The position numbers were made by a program, and so were the translations under genes. The notes under the pieces were generated by a model. The model did not search any database. It saw only the letters and a program-made list of their open reading frames with translations, and was not told the DNA's origin. Shown piece after piece: positions 1 through 10,125 of a stretch of 64,000 nucleotides of DNA. The stretch is taken from assembly GCA_033763315.1 (NCBI GenBank), contig JANRKS010000032.1, forward strand, positions 224,001 to 288,000. The letters run 5' to 3'. This DNA is from Deltaproteobacteria bacterium (lineage in GTDB: Bacteria; Myxococcota_A; Polyangia; Fen-1088). How positions within the stretch are numbered: position 1 is the first letter of the stretch; each line of letters opens with the position of its first letter.

Positions 1-1020
1 GTGGGTGCAACAGCTGACGCACCTGCCGCGGCTCCAGCTGCGGCGGCTGCTCCGGTGTCCGACGTGGCGCAGGCGTCACCCGTGGCTGCCGCGTCACCGC
101 GCCCTGTGGTTCCCGTGAACAATGGCTCTGTCAAAGCCTCGCCTTCGGTTCGCAAGATGATGGCCGAGCACAACATCGCCGCTTCGGATGTTCATGCCAC
201 CGGCCCTGCGGGCCGCATTGAACGCGAAGACGTGGCACGGGCCGCCTCGGCACCCACAGGTGATGTGGTGAGTGCGCCCGCGCGCCGCACAGGCTCAGGC
301 GCGCCCCGCAGCGCGCGTGCCGATCTAGAACGTGTGGTGCCGATGACGCCCATGCGCAAGACGGTGGCGCGCCGCTTGTTGGAGGCGCAACAAAACGCCG
401 CCATTTTGACCACGTTTAACGAGATCAACATGGAATCGGTGATGGGGTTGCGCAAGCGCTACCAAGATCCGTTCTTGGCTCGTCACGGGATCAAGTTGGG
501 CTTCATGTCGTTTTACGTGAAAGCCGTTGTGGAAGCGCTCAAGGCTTACCCCATCGTGAACGCTGAAGTGCGCGGCACGGACATCGTTTACAAAGATTAC
601 TTCGACATCGGTGTGGCCGTGGGTGGTGGGCGCGGTTTGGTTGTGCCCGTGGTGCGTGACGCGCATCGCTTGTCGTTGGCTGAAATCGAAAAGACGGTGG
701 CAGAATTGGCCACGCGGGCGCGCGACAACAAGTTGTCGTTGGACGAGCTGCAAGGTGGCTCCTTCACGATCTCCAATGGCGGCATCTATGGATCGCTATT
801 GTCCACGCCCATTTTGAACCCGCCTCAAAGTGGCATCTTGGGCTTGCACTCAATTCAAGATCGCCCCATCGCTTTGAATGGCCAGGTGGTTATCAAGCCG
901 ATGATGTACGTGGCCTTGTCTTACGATCACCGAATCGTGGATGGCCGCGAAGCCGTGTCGTTCCTCAAGCGCATCAAGGAATGCATTGAGGATCCAGAGC
1001 GCCTGCTGATCGAGGTGTAA
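1..1020 (+). CDS. sucB: Dihydrolipoyllysine-residue succinyltransferase (2-oxoglutarate dehydrogenase E2), 5'-truncated
   Basis: E3-binding motif [14 protein letters not shown]; catalytic domain [51 protein letters not shown] and [15 protein letters not shown]. The lipoyl domain lies before the window. Confidence 0.95.
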   Translation: MGATADAPAAAPAAAAAPVSDVAQASPVAAASPRPVVPVNNGSVKASPSVRKMMAEHNIAASDVHATGPAGRIEREDVARAASAPTGDVVSAPARRTGSGAPRSARADLERVVPMTPMRKTVARRLLEAQQNAAILTTFNEINMESVMGLRKRYQDPFLARHGIKLGFMSFYVKAVVEALKAYPIVNAEVRGTDIVYKDYFDIGVAVGGGRGLVVPVVRDAHRLSLAEIEKTVAELATRARDNKLSLDELQGGSFTISNGGIYGSLLSTPILNPPQSGILGLHSIQDRPIALNGQVVIKPMMYVALSYDHRIVDGREAVSFLKRIKECIEDPERLLIEV

Positions 1021-1075
1021 GCGGCTCGTCGCGCGCGGCGCCTGTGGGTGCCGCCGCGCGCTTGCGGAGCGGGCC

Positions 1076-1639
1076 TTACTTTGCTTTGGCCGCTTTGGTT
1101 TTGCTTGGCTTGCCCTTGGGTGGCGCGGCTTTGGCCGCGGGGGCGGGCGGGGCTTTGGTGGCTTTGCTTGCCTTGGCTGCTTTGGCAGGAGGTTTGGCGG
1201 CCGGTTTGGCGGCTTTGGTCGCCTTGGCCGCTGTTTTGGCTGCCGTCTTGGCCGCGGGCGGCTTCTTTGCGGGAGGCGTCGCCGGTTTGGCCGCTTCCCA
1301 AACGCCCAAGCTGGCGCCCGACGGATCCACGAACACGCCGATCGCGCCCATGTCACCGATGGGCATGTAATCAAGTGCGATCTGCGCCCCAGCCTTGGCA
1401 GCCTTCGCCAACGTGTCCTTCACGCTGTCGACGGTGACGTACGGCAACCATGCGCTTGGCATCTCGGGCGACTGTTTCGTTTGCATGCCGCCGCCGGTGC
1501 CGTCTTGCACGTCGATCATTGTGTAGGGCATGGGGCCGGGCATGTCGCTAAGTTTCCAGCCGAAGATCGCGCCGTAGAACTTTTTGGCCTTTTCGAGATC
1601 GTCAGTGTTGAGTTCGATGTGGGCAAACGCGTTGGGCAT
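1076..1639 (-). CDS. VOC (glyoxalase/bleomycin-resistance) family protein with Lys/Ala/Pro-rich histone H1-like C-terminal tail
   Basis: HIELNTDDLEKAKKFYGAIFGW..WLPYVTVDSV..DPSGASLGVWE, followed by about 70 aa of AAKP/AAKT repeats. AGGAGG SD upstream. Confidence 0.9.
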   Translation of the reverse strand: MPNAFAHIELNTDDLEKAKKFYGAIFGWKLSDMPGPMPYTMIDVQDGTGGGMQTKQSPEMPSAWLPYVTVDSVKDTLAKAAKAGAQIALDYMPIGDMGAIGVFVDPSGASLGVWEAAKPATPPAKKPPAAKTAAKTAAKATKAAKPAAKPPAKAAKASKATKAPPAPAAKAAPPKGKPSKTKAAKAK

Positions 1640-1696
1640 GTTTCCTCCTTAACCTGTGGGTGGGCGCGGCCACTTTAACCCAAGCGAAAGTTTTGC

Positions 1697-2515
1697 CTAG
1701 GGGGTCAACACCCGTTGCAAGATCTGTTGCTCAATGTCGCCGCGTTGCCGCGCGGGCACAGGCACCTGCAGCAGCAGGTTGATCTGATCGGCCGATGCCA
1801 TCTGAATGTAAACACGCGGTTGCGCAGACGTTGTGGCCAACCCATGGTGTGCCGCGGTGGCCTCAAGCGATCGACCTGCGTCCGCTGTGAACTCGCCGCA
1901 CACTTCGTTTGCCAAAGCCAACAAGCGCGTTTGCTGCTCGGCGATGTTGGCGGTGGCGGCCACGGGCACGGTGATGACGTGCAACACGTAGTTGTCCGTC
2001 AGCGTTTCGTTGAACACCTTAGCGCTCAAAAATAGGCTGTTCGGCAACACCACCGTGCGGCCTGTGGGCCGGTGGCCGGGGCCGATCTCAAGCACTGTGG
2101 TGGTGAGCAATTGGTGATCGATCACGTCGCCGCGCACGCCCTCCACTTCGATGCGGTCGCCAATCTCGAAGCTGCCGCCACTGGCGCGCACCAATGTGCC
2201 CGACATGCACATGATGAGCTCTTTGGTGGCCAGCACCAACGCCGCGGCGATGGCCACGAGTGACAAAGCGATCGTGTGCAGCTCGTCCGCCCAGATGACC
2301 ACCAAGCCCAACACCGTGAGCGCCAACGCCACCCAGCGCGTGCGCGCCCGCAGGCGCAGCGGATCGGGACGCGTGCGAAAACGGTTTAGCGATCTGATGG
2401 TCAGCGATCGAAGGCCCACGACCAGCACAAACAACAGCGCGGACAAAATCAGGTTGCGCGTGATGTCTCGGTCGGTCCAAAAGCCGTATAAAAATCGAGG
2501 AAGCGCCACTTTCAT
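1697..2515 (-). CDS. MscS family small-conductance mechanosensitive channel
   Basis: Three N-terminal TM segments, then FEIGDRIEVEGVRGDVID and VVLPNSLFLS motifs. Confidence 0.88.
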   Translation of the reverse strand: MKVALPRFLYGFWTDRDITRNLILSALLFVLVVGLRSLTIRSLNRFRTRPDPLRLRARTRWVALALTVLGLVVIWADELHTIALSLVAIAAALVLATKELIMCMSGTLVRASGGSFEIGDRIEVEGVRGDVIDHQLLTTTVLEIGPGHRPTGRTVVLPNSLFLSAKVFNETLTDNYVLHVITVPVAATANIAEQQTRLLALANEVCGEFTADAGRSLEATAAHHGLATTSAQPRVYIQMASADQINLLLQVPVPARQRGDIEQQILQRVLTP

Positions 2516-2530
2516 CACCCTGGCCGGCTG

Positions 2531-3616
2531 TTAAGAAGCCGCCGCAGGTTTGCGTAGCACATCGTCTTTGGTGACGCCCGCTTTGACTTCCGTGCGCAGC
2601 CCATCCGAAAGCCCAAGCTCAACCGCGCGGTGCTCGATGGTGCCGTTCGGCTTCTGCACGTCAACGAATGGCTTGCCTTTCTCAAAGGTGACGTAGGCTT
2701 CATCAATCGAAAGCACCGCTTTACGCTGGTCCAAAACAATGTTCGCATTGGCGCTGTAACCCGCACGCACCACCACGCCTTCCGGTGGGGTGAAGGCGGC
2801 TTCGATCTCGAAAACAGTTGTGGCGTCTTTCACGATGCTTTTGGGTGCTACGAACTGCAAGACGCCGGGAAACTTTAGATCGTTCAACGCACCGATGACG
2901 ATCTCCACGGGCATGCCTGTGGCCAAACGGCCGACTTCGGATTCATCCACTGTGCCTTTGAAGATCATGTCGCTCATATCCGCGACGAAAGCCACCGTGG
3001 TGCCAGGGTTGAAGCTGTTGGCATTGATGACCGAGCTGCCTTCTTTGATCGGCAGCGACAGCACTGTGCCATCAACCGTGGATTCGATGCGGGTGGGCGC
3101 GCCTTGCGTTTGGCGGATCGATCCGGCGCGCAGCAACTGAACGCGGCTTTGCGAGGTTGCGACTTCTTCCACGGCTAAGTCGTGTTCGCTTTTCACCCGC
3201 TCGCCTTCGGCAATGGGCAACGTACCTTTCTTCACAAGCGCCGTGACGCGATCAAGCTCTTGTTTGGTGCGGGCCTCGCGCAACACAGCGGTTTTCATGC
3301 GCAGCTCACCTTCGTTGAGGCCCACGGGATCCACGATGATTTGCACCTCACCCACCATGTCGCCGCGCTTGACTTTGTCACCCGCCTTGACGAACAGCTT
3401 GCGCAAGATGCCGGCCACTTTGGGCTTAAGCTCCACTTCTTTGCGTGGTGACAGCGAGCCCGAAGCCACGCTCTTCTTAACAATGTCAGCCAGCGCCGGC
3501 TTCTGCGTTTGCATCACCGCGGGTTTGGGGCGAGATTTGCTGTAGAGAAACCACAACGTGCCCACCATCAACGCCACCATCAGAACGCCAAGAATATAGG
3601 GAAGTTGTTTTTTCAT
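2531..3616 (-). CDS. MacA-like efflux periplasmic adaptor (membrane fusion protein)
   Basis: Start moved to MKKQLPYILG (N-terminal TM anchor). Motifs ASGSLSPRKEVELKPKVAG, VDESEVGRL, RAGYSANANI and VELGLSDG. Confidence 0.9.
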   Translation of the reverse strand: MKKQLPYILGVLMVALMVGTLWFLYSKSRPKPAVMQTQKPALADIVKKSVASGSLSPRKEVELKPKVAGILRKLFVKAGDKVKRGDMVGEVQIIVDPVGLNEGELRMKTAVLREARTKQELDRVTALVKKGTLPIAEGERVKSEHDLAVEEVATSQSRVQLLRAGSIRQTQGAPTRIESTVDGTVLSLPIKEGSSVINANSFNPGTTVAFVADMSDMIFKGTVDESEVGRLATGMPVEIVIGALNDLKFPGVLQFVAPKSIVKDATTVFEIEAAFTPPEGVVVRAGYSANANIVLDQRKAVLSIDEAYVTFEKGKPFVDVQKPNGTIEHRAVELGLSDGLRTEVKAGVTKDDVLRKPAAAS

Positions 3617-3633
3617 GGTTTGTTGATCAAGGG

Positions 3634-4899
3634 TTAATCGTGCGCCAAGGCTTGGGTGGGCCGAATGGCCACGGCAGAGCGGGCGGGGGCGAGACCAGCC
3701 AACGCGCCAGCGATTGTGAGGATGGCCACGGCCACAAGGGCCTTGCCCAGATCCAAATCGGGTGGCGCAAAGAATTGTGGGCCTGATGTTTTGGGCAGCA
3801 TCGCAAACACTTTCTGCGCTGCCGCCAAAACACCGACGCCCGCGCATAAGCCCATGCCTCCCGCCGCGCCCGTGAGCACCACCGCTTCTTCCACCACTTG
3901 CGTGATGATCGATGCCGGCGTGGCGCCGATGGCCTTGCGGATGCCGAATTCTTTCGTGCGTTCGGTGATCGAGATCATCAAAATGTTGCTGACGCCGATC
4001 GTGCCCGCCACAAGGGTCATCACGCCCACCACCCAAGACAAGGTAGAAATCCCTAAAAACAGGTTGGACAGGCGGCGAAAGTCTTTCTCGCTGTTATAGC
4101 TTTCGATGCCGCCTGGATCGTCGGGATGCACTTGGTGCTGCGCCCGCAACAGGGCCGCCGCTTCAGCTTCCACGTCCGACGACGATCGTTTGTCATCAAC
4201 GAGGACGGTGAAATAATCCACCTGGTTCAACTTGCCGTTCATGCGGTTAAATGTGGTGCGCGGTGTGAACACGCGGCCATTCATATAGTCGGCGCGCTCG
4301 CCGTTGGCTTCGGAGTGAAACACGCCGACCACGGTGAACGTGATGCCTCGGACCTTGATCTCTTGGCCAAGTGGATTGTCGCCTGCAGGGAACAACACAT
4401 CTTGCACGCGTTGGCCGATCACCGCCACCTTGCGGAACTCAAGCAGATCGTTGTCGTTCAAGAAACGACCCTGATCGATGTTCAGCGCTTCCACCTTCAG
4501 AAAATCAGGAATGTCGCCCGACACCGGGAACGATTCGGACTTTTGACCGCGGCTGACGCTGGTGGTGGAGCCCCACCCGTTGTTGCTGCGCGGGGCCACC
4601 ACCGTGATGCCTTTGACTTTGTTCTGCAGCACGGCGGTGTCCTCGTAGGACAGGTGAATCATGCGGTTGGGCGCGTGGCCTTTGTAGGGCTTCGTTGTGG
4701 TGCCGGTCCAAATGTAGATCGCGTTGCGTGCGAAGCGGCCCAAGCTGGACATCACGCCTGTCTCGAGGCCTTGGCCAAAGCCCAGCATCACGACCAACAT
4801 GAACACACCCCAAAAGACGCCACAAGCCGTAAGGAATGTTCGCAGCTTGTTGCGGCGCAACGTCTCGAAAACTTCTGACCAACGATCGGCGGCGCGCAT
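3634..4899 (-). CDS. MacB/FtsX-type ABC transporter permease
   Basis: LRTFLTACGVFWG, GRFLNDNDL..KVAVIG and GVSNILMISITERTKEFGIRKAIGA. Confidence 0.93.
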   Translation of the reverse strand: MRAADRWSEVFETLRRNKLRTFLTACGVFWGVFMLVVMLGFGQGLETGVMSSLGRFARNAIYIWTGTTTKPYKGHAPNRMIHLSYEDTAVLQNKVKGITVVAPRSNNGWGSTTSVSRGQKSESFPVSGDIPDFLKVEALNIDQGRFLNDNDLLEFRKVAVIGQRVQDVLFPAGDNPLGQEIKVRGITFTVVGVFHSEANGERADYMNGRVFTPRTTFNRMNGKLNQVDYFTVLVDDKRSSSDVEAEAAALLRAQHQVHPDDPGGIESYNSEKDFRRLSNLFLGISTLSWVVGVMTLVAGTIGVSNILMISITERTKEFGIRKAIGATPASIITQVVEEAVVLTGAAGGMGLCAGVGVLAAAQKVFAMLPKTSGPQFFAPPDLDLGKALVAVAILTIAGALAGLAPARSAVAIRPTQALAHD

Positions 4900-4902
4900 A
4901 CG

Positions 4903-6147
4903 TTAAACCTCGGCTCGAAACGCCTCGACGGGCGCGATGCGGGCGGCACGGCGCGCCGGCCACAGGCCCGCCAACAAGCCCGCGGCCACCAAGATCACTG
5001 TGGCAGAGAGGCCCACGCCGATGTCGACGTCGGGGTTTTTGAAAAAGTCATTGTCGGGCAACAAGGTTTTGGCGAACTCGACCAAGGCCACCGCTGCCAC
5101 GAGCCCCAGATAGCCAGACGCCGTGGTGATGACCAAGGCCTCTTCCAACACCATGAGAACAATGGACCACGGCGTGGCACCCAAAGCTTTGCGAACGCCG
5201 AACTCTTTGGTGCGTTCCTTCACCGAGATCAACATGATGTTGCCCACGCCCACCACGCCAGCCAAGATCGTGCCAAGCCCGATCAACCACACGAAGCTGC
5301 GGATGGCCCACAGCACACCCTGCATCTTCTCGTGCATAAAATGGTTGTTGCGCACGCGGATGCCACCCGTGTCGGTGGGATCGAAGCCATGACGTTGCGC
5401 CAGGCGCCGTTTCAGATCCTTGACGATGGTCTCAGCCTGGGGCACAGGTGTGTTGCCGACGGTAAACATGAGCTGATCGATGGTGTGGTCGCTGGCAAAC
5501 ACAAGCTGTGCGGTGGATAGAGGAATGTAGATGTTTTCTTGCTCACCTTGATCGCCTTTGTCGTCAAAGATGCCCACGATGTGAAAGGTTGTGCGCCCGA
5601 CGCGGATGTCCGCGCCCATGGCCTGATCGTCTTGGCCATGCGGGAAAAGCACTTTCACAACCTTGCGACCCACGACGGCCACCTTACGGCGCTCGCGTAG
5701 ATCGGCGTCATTGATATAGCGGCCTTGCGAGATGGTTGTGCGCTCCAAGTATTGATGATCCGGATGCACGGCGCGCACGGGGAATGTGCCTTGGTTCGGG
5801 CCACGCGCTGTCATCAGGTTGCCGCGTGGCAAATAGCGGGCCGTCATGTGGTCGGCCACATCCACGGTGGCTTTGGCCAAATCGTAATCATCGTTTGTCA
5901 TGACGATGCGCCTGTTCTTGGTGCGCCCTTCGAACGGCTTGTTGGTGCGCGTGGGAAACAACCACACGCTGTTCGCTGCGTCGTCGCGGAACGCATTCTC
6001 GGCGCCATTGGCCAGGCCATTGCCGGCGGCCAGCAACACCACAAGCATAAAGATGCCCCACGCCACGGAAAGCGCCGTGAGCGCTGTGCGCAGGCGCCGC
6101 CGCGCCAACGACGCGAAGATCTCTCGCCATCGATCAAGGGCACGCAT
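4903..6147 (-). CDS. MacB/FtsX-type ABC transporter permease
   Basis: LRTALTALSVAWG and GVGNIMLISVKERTKEFGVRKALGA; paralog of the adjacent permease. Confidence 0.93.
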   Translation of the reverse strand: MRALDRWREIFASLARRRLRTALTALSVAWGIFMLVVLLAAGNGLANGAENAFRDDAANSVWLFPTRTNKPFEGRTKNRRIVMTNDDYDLAKATVDVADHMTARYLPRGNLMTARGPNQGTFPVRAVHPDHQYLERTTISQGRYINDADLRERRKVAVVGRKVVKVLFPHGQDDQAMGADIRVGRTTFHIVGIFDDKGDQGEQENIYIPLSTAQLVFASDHTIDQLMFTVGNTPVPQAETIVKDLKRRLAQRHGFDPTDTGGIRVRNNHFMHEKMQGVLWAIRSFVWLIGLGTILAGVVGVGNIMLISVKERTKEFGVRKALGATPWSIVLMVLEEALVITTASGYLGLVAAVALVEFAKTLLPDNDFFKNPDVDIGVGLSATVILVAAGLLAGLWPARRAARIAPVEAFRAEV

Positions 6148-6858
6148 CTATGTTGGCACCGACGCCGACGGTGCATCCACCAACGGCGACAAACTATCGT
6201 CTTGGATTTGCCCGTCGCGAATGCGCACGACGCGCTGGCAGCGTGCGGCCACATCCGGCTCATGCGTCACGATCACCATGGTCACGCCTGCGGCGTTGGT
6301 TTCTTGCAGCAGATCCATAATCTGATCTGACGTTTTTGTATCAAGCGCGCCGGTGGGCTCATCGGCCAGCACAAGCCGAGGCTTGGTGACAACGGCACGT
6401 GCGATGGCCACTCGCTGCTTCTCGCCGCCCGACATCTCAGACGGCAGATGTTCGGCGCGCGCGGTGAGCCCCACCCGCGAAAGCGCATCCATCGCCATTT
6501 CGCGCCGCAACTTGCGGGGGACGCCGCGGTACTGCAACGGCAGCTCAATGTTCTCGACCGCTGATTTTAAGCTCAGCAAGTTGAACGACTGGAACACGAA
6601 GCCCAAAAACTGATTGCGGTAAATCGCCGCCTGCCGTTCAGACAAGTTGCGCATCGGCGTGCCATCCAATTCATAGAGGCCCTCGTCGTAGTCATCAAGG
6701 ATGCCCAGGATGTTTAGCAACGTCGATTTGCCTGATCCCGAAGATCCCATAATCGCCACAAGCTCCCCCGCACCAATGTGCAGGTTGATCTGCCGCAACA
6801 CGGGCAACACGCGAGCGCCCGCCCGGTAGGACTTCGTGATGCCATCAAGGCGAATCAT
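6148..6858 (-). CDS. ABC transporter ATP-binding protein (MacB/LolD type)
   Basis: Walker [19 protein letters not shown], signature [14 protein letters not shown], Walker [12 protein letters not shown]-loop VTHE. Confidence 0.96.
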   Translation of the reverse strand: MIRLDGITKSYRAGARVLPVLRQINLHIGAGELVAIMGSSGSGKSTLLNILGILDDYDEGLYELDGTPMRNLSERQAAIYRNQFLGFVFQSFNLLSLKSAVENIELPLQYRGVPRKLRREMAMDALSRVGLTARAEHLPSEMSGGEKQRVAIARAVVTKPRLVLADEPTGALDTKTSDQIMDLLQETNAAGVTMVIVTHEPDVAARCQRVVRIRDGQIQDDSLSPLVDAPSASVPT

Positions 6859-7085
6859 CGGCGCTCAGGATGCCACGCGAAGGTGGGTGGTGCAGGTCGC
6901 AGGGGGCCTAAACCCCGTACAGTGCTGACTTGCAAAGGCTTGCCCAAACGGCTGTTCCCAACATCTGACGAGCCGACAGCTTGGGTATGCGAGGGGCGCC
7001 AACAGGCAATGCTTGTTGCGTGGGCTAGGGAAAAAAGCGCGCTTGCCGCTGACCCGGAACCAGCGATCGACGCCTCCCTCTTTTC

Positions 7086-8057
7086 ATGAACCCTCGGCCA
7101 TCGAAAGCTCTCGGGCGCATCGGATCCACACGCGTCCTTCCCGCCCCACACCTACAGACGCAAACGCCTTCTGCCTCCTGGGCTCTTCTCGGCGCGCTGG
7201 CGCTCGTCGTCGCTGTGCCGGTTTCGGGCTGCTCGGGCGGGGGAGGTGACGAGGACGAGGTAAGCGGTGACGACGGGACGGGTGGCCCCGGCCAGGGCAA
7301 TGGCGCTTCGGGCGGAGCCGTGGGCCCGGGAGGGAATCCGCCCTCGGGCGGGGCCGGCGCGGGGGGCGATGGCAGCTCGACGGCTGGGGGGCGGCCCGGT
7401 GGTGGAGCAGGTTCGGGAGGACAGACCAGCGCAGGCGGCAACACGGGCGGTGGCGTAAACGGTACCGGAGGAAACCCCGGTGAAGGGGGAGCCTTTGGCG
7501 TCGGAGGTCCAGGCGGCAGGTTCGGTGGGGGCGGCCGCGGGGGGGGCCAGTCTGGCACAGGAGGCAGCCCGCCCGGCATGGGAGGCAGCCCACCCGTTCA
7601 GTCCGAGGGATGCGCCGTCACCAAGCCCAGCGCGTCGGGGAACGAGCCGGGGGGCGCCATTCCGGTGTGCTGCACACCGGGCGGGACGGACAAAGCCATG
7701 ATCGACGAGGTGTTCAGCCTGCTTAACGCGCACCGCATGGCCAACGGCCGTTCGGCTCTGGCCTACGACACCAAGCTCGAGCTGGCGATGCAAGGGCACT
7801 GCAAGCACATGGCGCAGCACTCGTTCTTCGACCATTCAGCGCCCGAAGGGTCCGTCTCGCGTTTCACAGATCGGGCCACCGCCTGCGGGGCCTCGGCGGC
7901 CGGTGAGAACATCGCCTACAACCAGCGCAGCGCGAGCCAGGTGATGACGAGCTGGAAGAACAGCTCGGGACACAACATGAACATGCTGAGCACGGGTTAC
8001 AAGCGGGTCGGCATAGGCCTTTACCAGTGGCGTTGGGGCCAGATCTTCGGCCGATGA
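7086..8057 (+). CDS. CAP (SCP/YkwD) domain lipoprotein with Gly-rich linker
   Basis: Lipobox VSGC and long Gly linker; CAP motifs LLNAHR, HCKHMAQHSFFDH, GENIAY, WKNSSGHNMNML, RVGIG. Confidence 0.88.
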   Translation: MNPRPSKALGRIGSTRVLPAPHLQTQTPSASWALLGALALVVAVPVSGCSGGGGDEDEVSGDDGTGGPGQGNGASGGAVGPGGNPPSGGAGAGGDGSSTAGGRPGGGAGSGGQTSAGGNTGGGVNGTGGNPGEGGAFGVGGPGGRFGGGGRGGGQSGTGGSPPGMGGSPPVQSEGCAVTKPSASGNEPGGAIPVCCTPGGTDKAMIDEVFSLLNAHRMANGRSALAYDTKLELAMQGHCKHMAQHSFFDHSAPEGSVSRFTDRATACGASAAGENIAYNQRSASQVMTSWKNSSGHNMNMLSTGYKRVGIGLYQWRWGQIFGR

Positions 8058-8764
8058 GGCGGCACCACCTGGCCCTTCTTGGGGCGCTCCCCCTAGCCAG
8101 TCTCCTGCTGACCTGGCTCTTGTGGCCGACCCGGCCATCCGAACTGGCGCGGCCAGAGGGGCCCGTGGCAGCCGCCCCTGCGCCCGTCTCCACAACCACC
8201 CCGCCCCTGCCCGAACCCTCCCGTGGAGCCGCGGTCACCGAATTGCGCCAGGTCACGGGGCGCGTGGTGAACGATCAGCGAACCCCGGTGGGCGGCGCAC
8301 TGGTGGGCAGCACGGCGGCCACGGTCGAGGCGGTGCGGACCGACGGCGCTGGGCGCTTTTGGCTGCATGGCCTGCCCCCGGGCTGGCTCCAGGTTTACGC
8401 CGTCGCCCCCGGCCACGCGAGCCGGCACATCCTGCTCGAGCCGCAGCAAGACGTGGTCGAGCTGATCTTGGGCCGTGAGGCGAGCCTGCACGCCTCATTG
8501 TTCGCGCCCGCCCGCTCCGAACTGCTGGCGTCTATTTGCCGCCCCCGCGACTCCTTGCAGGAGGATCCGTTTTGCGTGGCCCGGGTGGTCGTGCCTGCGG
8601 GGCAACGCGCCTTCGAGATCGAACGTCTGCCCGAAGGTGAGCATGAGCTGTGGGTGGAGGAGCAGGGCCAGTTGTTATTGCAGCTACCGCTGTCGACCCG
8701 CGCCGGTGAACGCCTAGAGCTGGATGGGTTGCGGCTGCACGCAGAGGCGCCTGCTTCCCTCTAG
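8054..8764 (+). CDS. Membrane-anchored carboxypeptidase-regulatory-like (prealbumin-fold) domain protein
   Basis: ATGA overlap with the upstream stop; TM segment, then VTGRVVNDQRTPVGGALV..RTDGAGRFWLHGLPPG. Confidence 0.75.
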   Translation: MRRHHLALLGALPLASLLLTWLLWPTRPSELARPEGPVAAAPAPVSTTTPPLPEPSRGAAVTELRQVTGRVVNDQRTPVGGALVGSTAATVEAVRTDGAGRFWLHGLPPGWLQVYAVAPGHASRHILLEPQQDVVELILGREASLHASLFAPARSELLASICRPRDSLQEDPFCVARVVVPAGQRAFEIERLPEGEHELWVEEQGQLLLQLPLSTRAGERLELDGLRLHAEAPASL

Positions 8765-8825
8765 GGCATGTTGTTCCGGCCCTTGTCATCTGCCGGGCTC
8801 GAACTTAGCCACGGCCTAGCGCCGA

Positions 8826-9479
8826 CTACTGACACACGCCCGCGATGCACAGCAGGGGGATCCTGCAATCGGAGATTCGAGTACATGTGGCGGTCGTTGT
8901 TGTAGACGAAGCGCACGTGCCTGTGCTGGTGCATTTCATCGGTGCTTCACAAGTGCCTGGATCGGATGCGCCAGAGAAGGCAAAGACGCACATGCCGGTA
9001 GAATCACATCTCCGACACGTGCCATCACAAGAAGTTTTGCAACAAACACCGTCCACGCAAAAACCAGAAGCGCAACCCAATGGCAGTGAACACACCCTGC
9101 CGTTTTTGCGCGACAACTTAGGAAGCAGACTAAAGTCGTGCCGGTCCACAAGGGTTGTGTCGTACGAACGATAGAACGCCCGCTCCGAAATTTGTAATCC
9201 TTCTTTGAACCCAGTAATAGAAAACGGGCTTGAGCCGCTCACCTTGATGGGGATCGTTAGGATTTTGACTTCTCCCTCCCCGGGCACCTGGCCATTTCCC
9301 GGCGTGAACCAATCATAGGTGTACTCCTCTCCTGGAGTGCCCTCCTCGAACAACACACGAACCTCGTCAAGGCTTTCTGTCGTGTTGTTCGCGACCGTTG
9401 CGATCACAACGCGCTCTTGTGGGCCTTCGCATGAAAGTGTGAACGCAGCGTACGTTACAGCGAACATCAAACGTCGCAT
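8826..9479 (-). CDS. Cys-rich lipoprotein of myxobacterial type
   Basis: Start MRRLMFAVTYAAFTLSC (lipobox) with TGATG coupling to the upstream gene; CASGFCVDGVCCKTSCDGTCRRC motif. Confidence 0.72.
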   Translation of the reverse strand: MRRLMFAVTYAAFTLSCEGPQERVVIATVANNTTESLDEVRVLFEEGTPGEEYTYDWFTPGNGQVPGEGEVKILTIPIKVSGSSPFSITGFKEGLQISERAFYRSYDTTLVDRHDFSLLPKLSRKNGRVCSLPLGCASGFCVDGVCCKTSCDGTCRRCDSTGMCVFAFSGASDPGTCEAPMKCTSTGTCASSTTTTATCTRISDCRIPLLCIAGVCQ

Positions 9480-10033
9480 CAGAACCGCCCTCCTAAGGAA
9501 GCCCGGCCCAATGACATTTTGAATTCGCTTTGGCTGGGACGGCGGAGCAGCAAAAAGGTTCCGACCAAACAAACGATCGCCCCGCCCAGCAGCGTGGGAT
9601 AAAGCAGCGTTTCGTAGCGATCTTTCTCAGACTTGAGCGAATCGACTTCATCGATTTGCTGCTGGCGTTCGTCCTTGAGCTCCCTAGGCCACACCCCTTC
9701 AAAGCCTGCCTCGGCGAGCTCGATCTCGCGCCCTTTTGCGTTGGCGGCCGAGCGCAGCACGAACCCTCCAACGATCGATCCCAATCCAACCGCAATCATT
9801 GTGGGGCCGGCGATCGCGCGCCAGGTGGGCATCGGCTGCAGCGGCTCCACCACCATGACCGGGCCGGACGGCGCTGGCGGATAGGCACCGTCCAACGCTG
9901 CGGCTGCGGTTCCCTCAGCCGTTTGAGCCATTGCCGGTCGTGCCACAGCGCCACAAACGAACGCTGTAGCCCCAATTAAGCAACAGTAGGCGCCGCCAGA
10001 TTTTCGTGGCCCGTGAAAGGTCGGGAATTGCAT
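9479..10033 (-). CDS. Hypothetical exported/membrane protein
   Basis: Signal-like N-terminus, two hydrophobic helices flanking a coiled coil, C-terminal ASLGGRF. Start uncertain. Confidence 0.6.
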   Translation of the reverse strand: MQFPTFHGPRKSGGAYCCLIGATAFVCGAVARPAMAQTAEGTAAAALDGAYPPAPSGPVMVVEPLQPMPTWRAIAGPTMIAVGLGSIVGGFVLRSAANAKGREIELAEAGFEGVWPRELKDERQQQIDEVDSLKSEKDRYETLLYPTLLGGAIVCLVGTFLLLRRPSQSEFKMSLGRASLGGRF

Positions 10034-10125
10034 CGGCTGCGTTCTAGTCCAGTTCGTTACATTTTGTAAATGGGGTGTCGCGTTTGCCTGTACCAAATGC
10101 ATCACGTTGTGGCACTGTGCCGCCC

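Noticed and set aside
3617-4036. 140-aa N-terminal extension of the adaptor ORF in the six-frame track
   Set aside because: It overlaps the permease in another frame; the real start is MKKQLP at 3616.
6901-6916. GGCCTAAACC resembling part of a c-di-GMP-I riboswitch
   Set aside because: The upstream GGCAAAC..GAAA..GACGCAAA elements are absent.
8785-8810. GTTCGAGCCC T-loop-like sequence on the minus strand (possible tRNA fragment or att site)
   Set aside because: There is no T-stem pairing or cloverleaf, and no integrase in the window.
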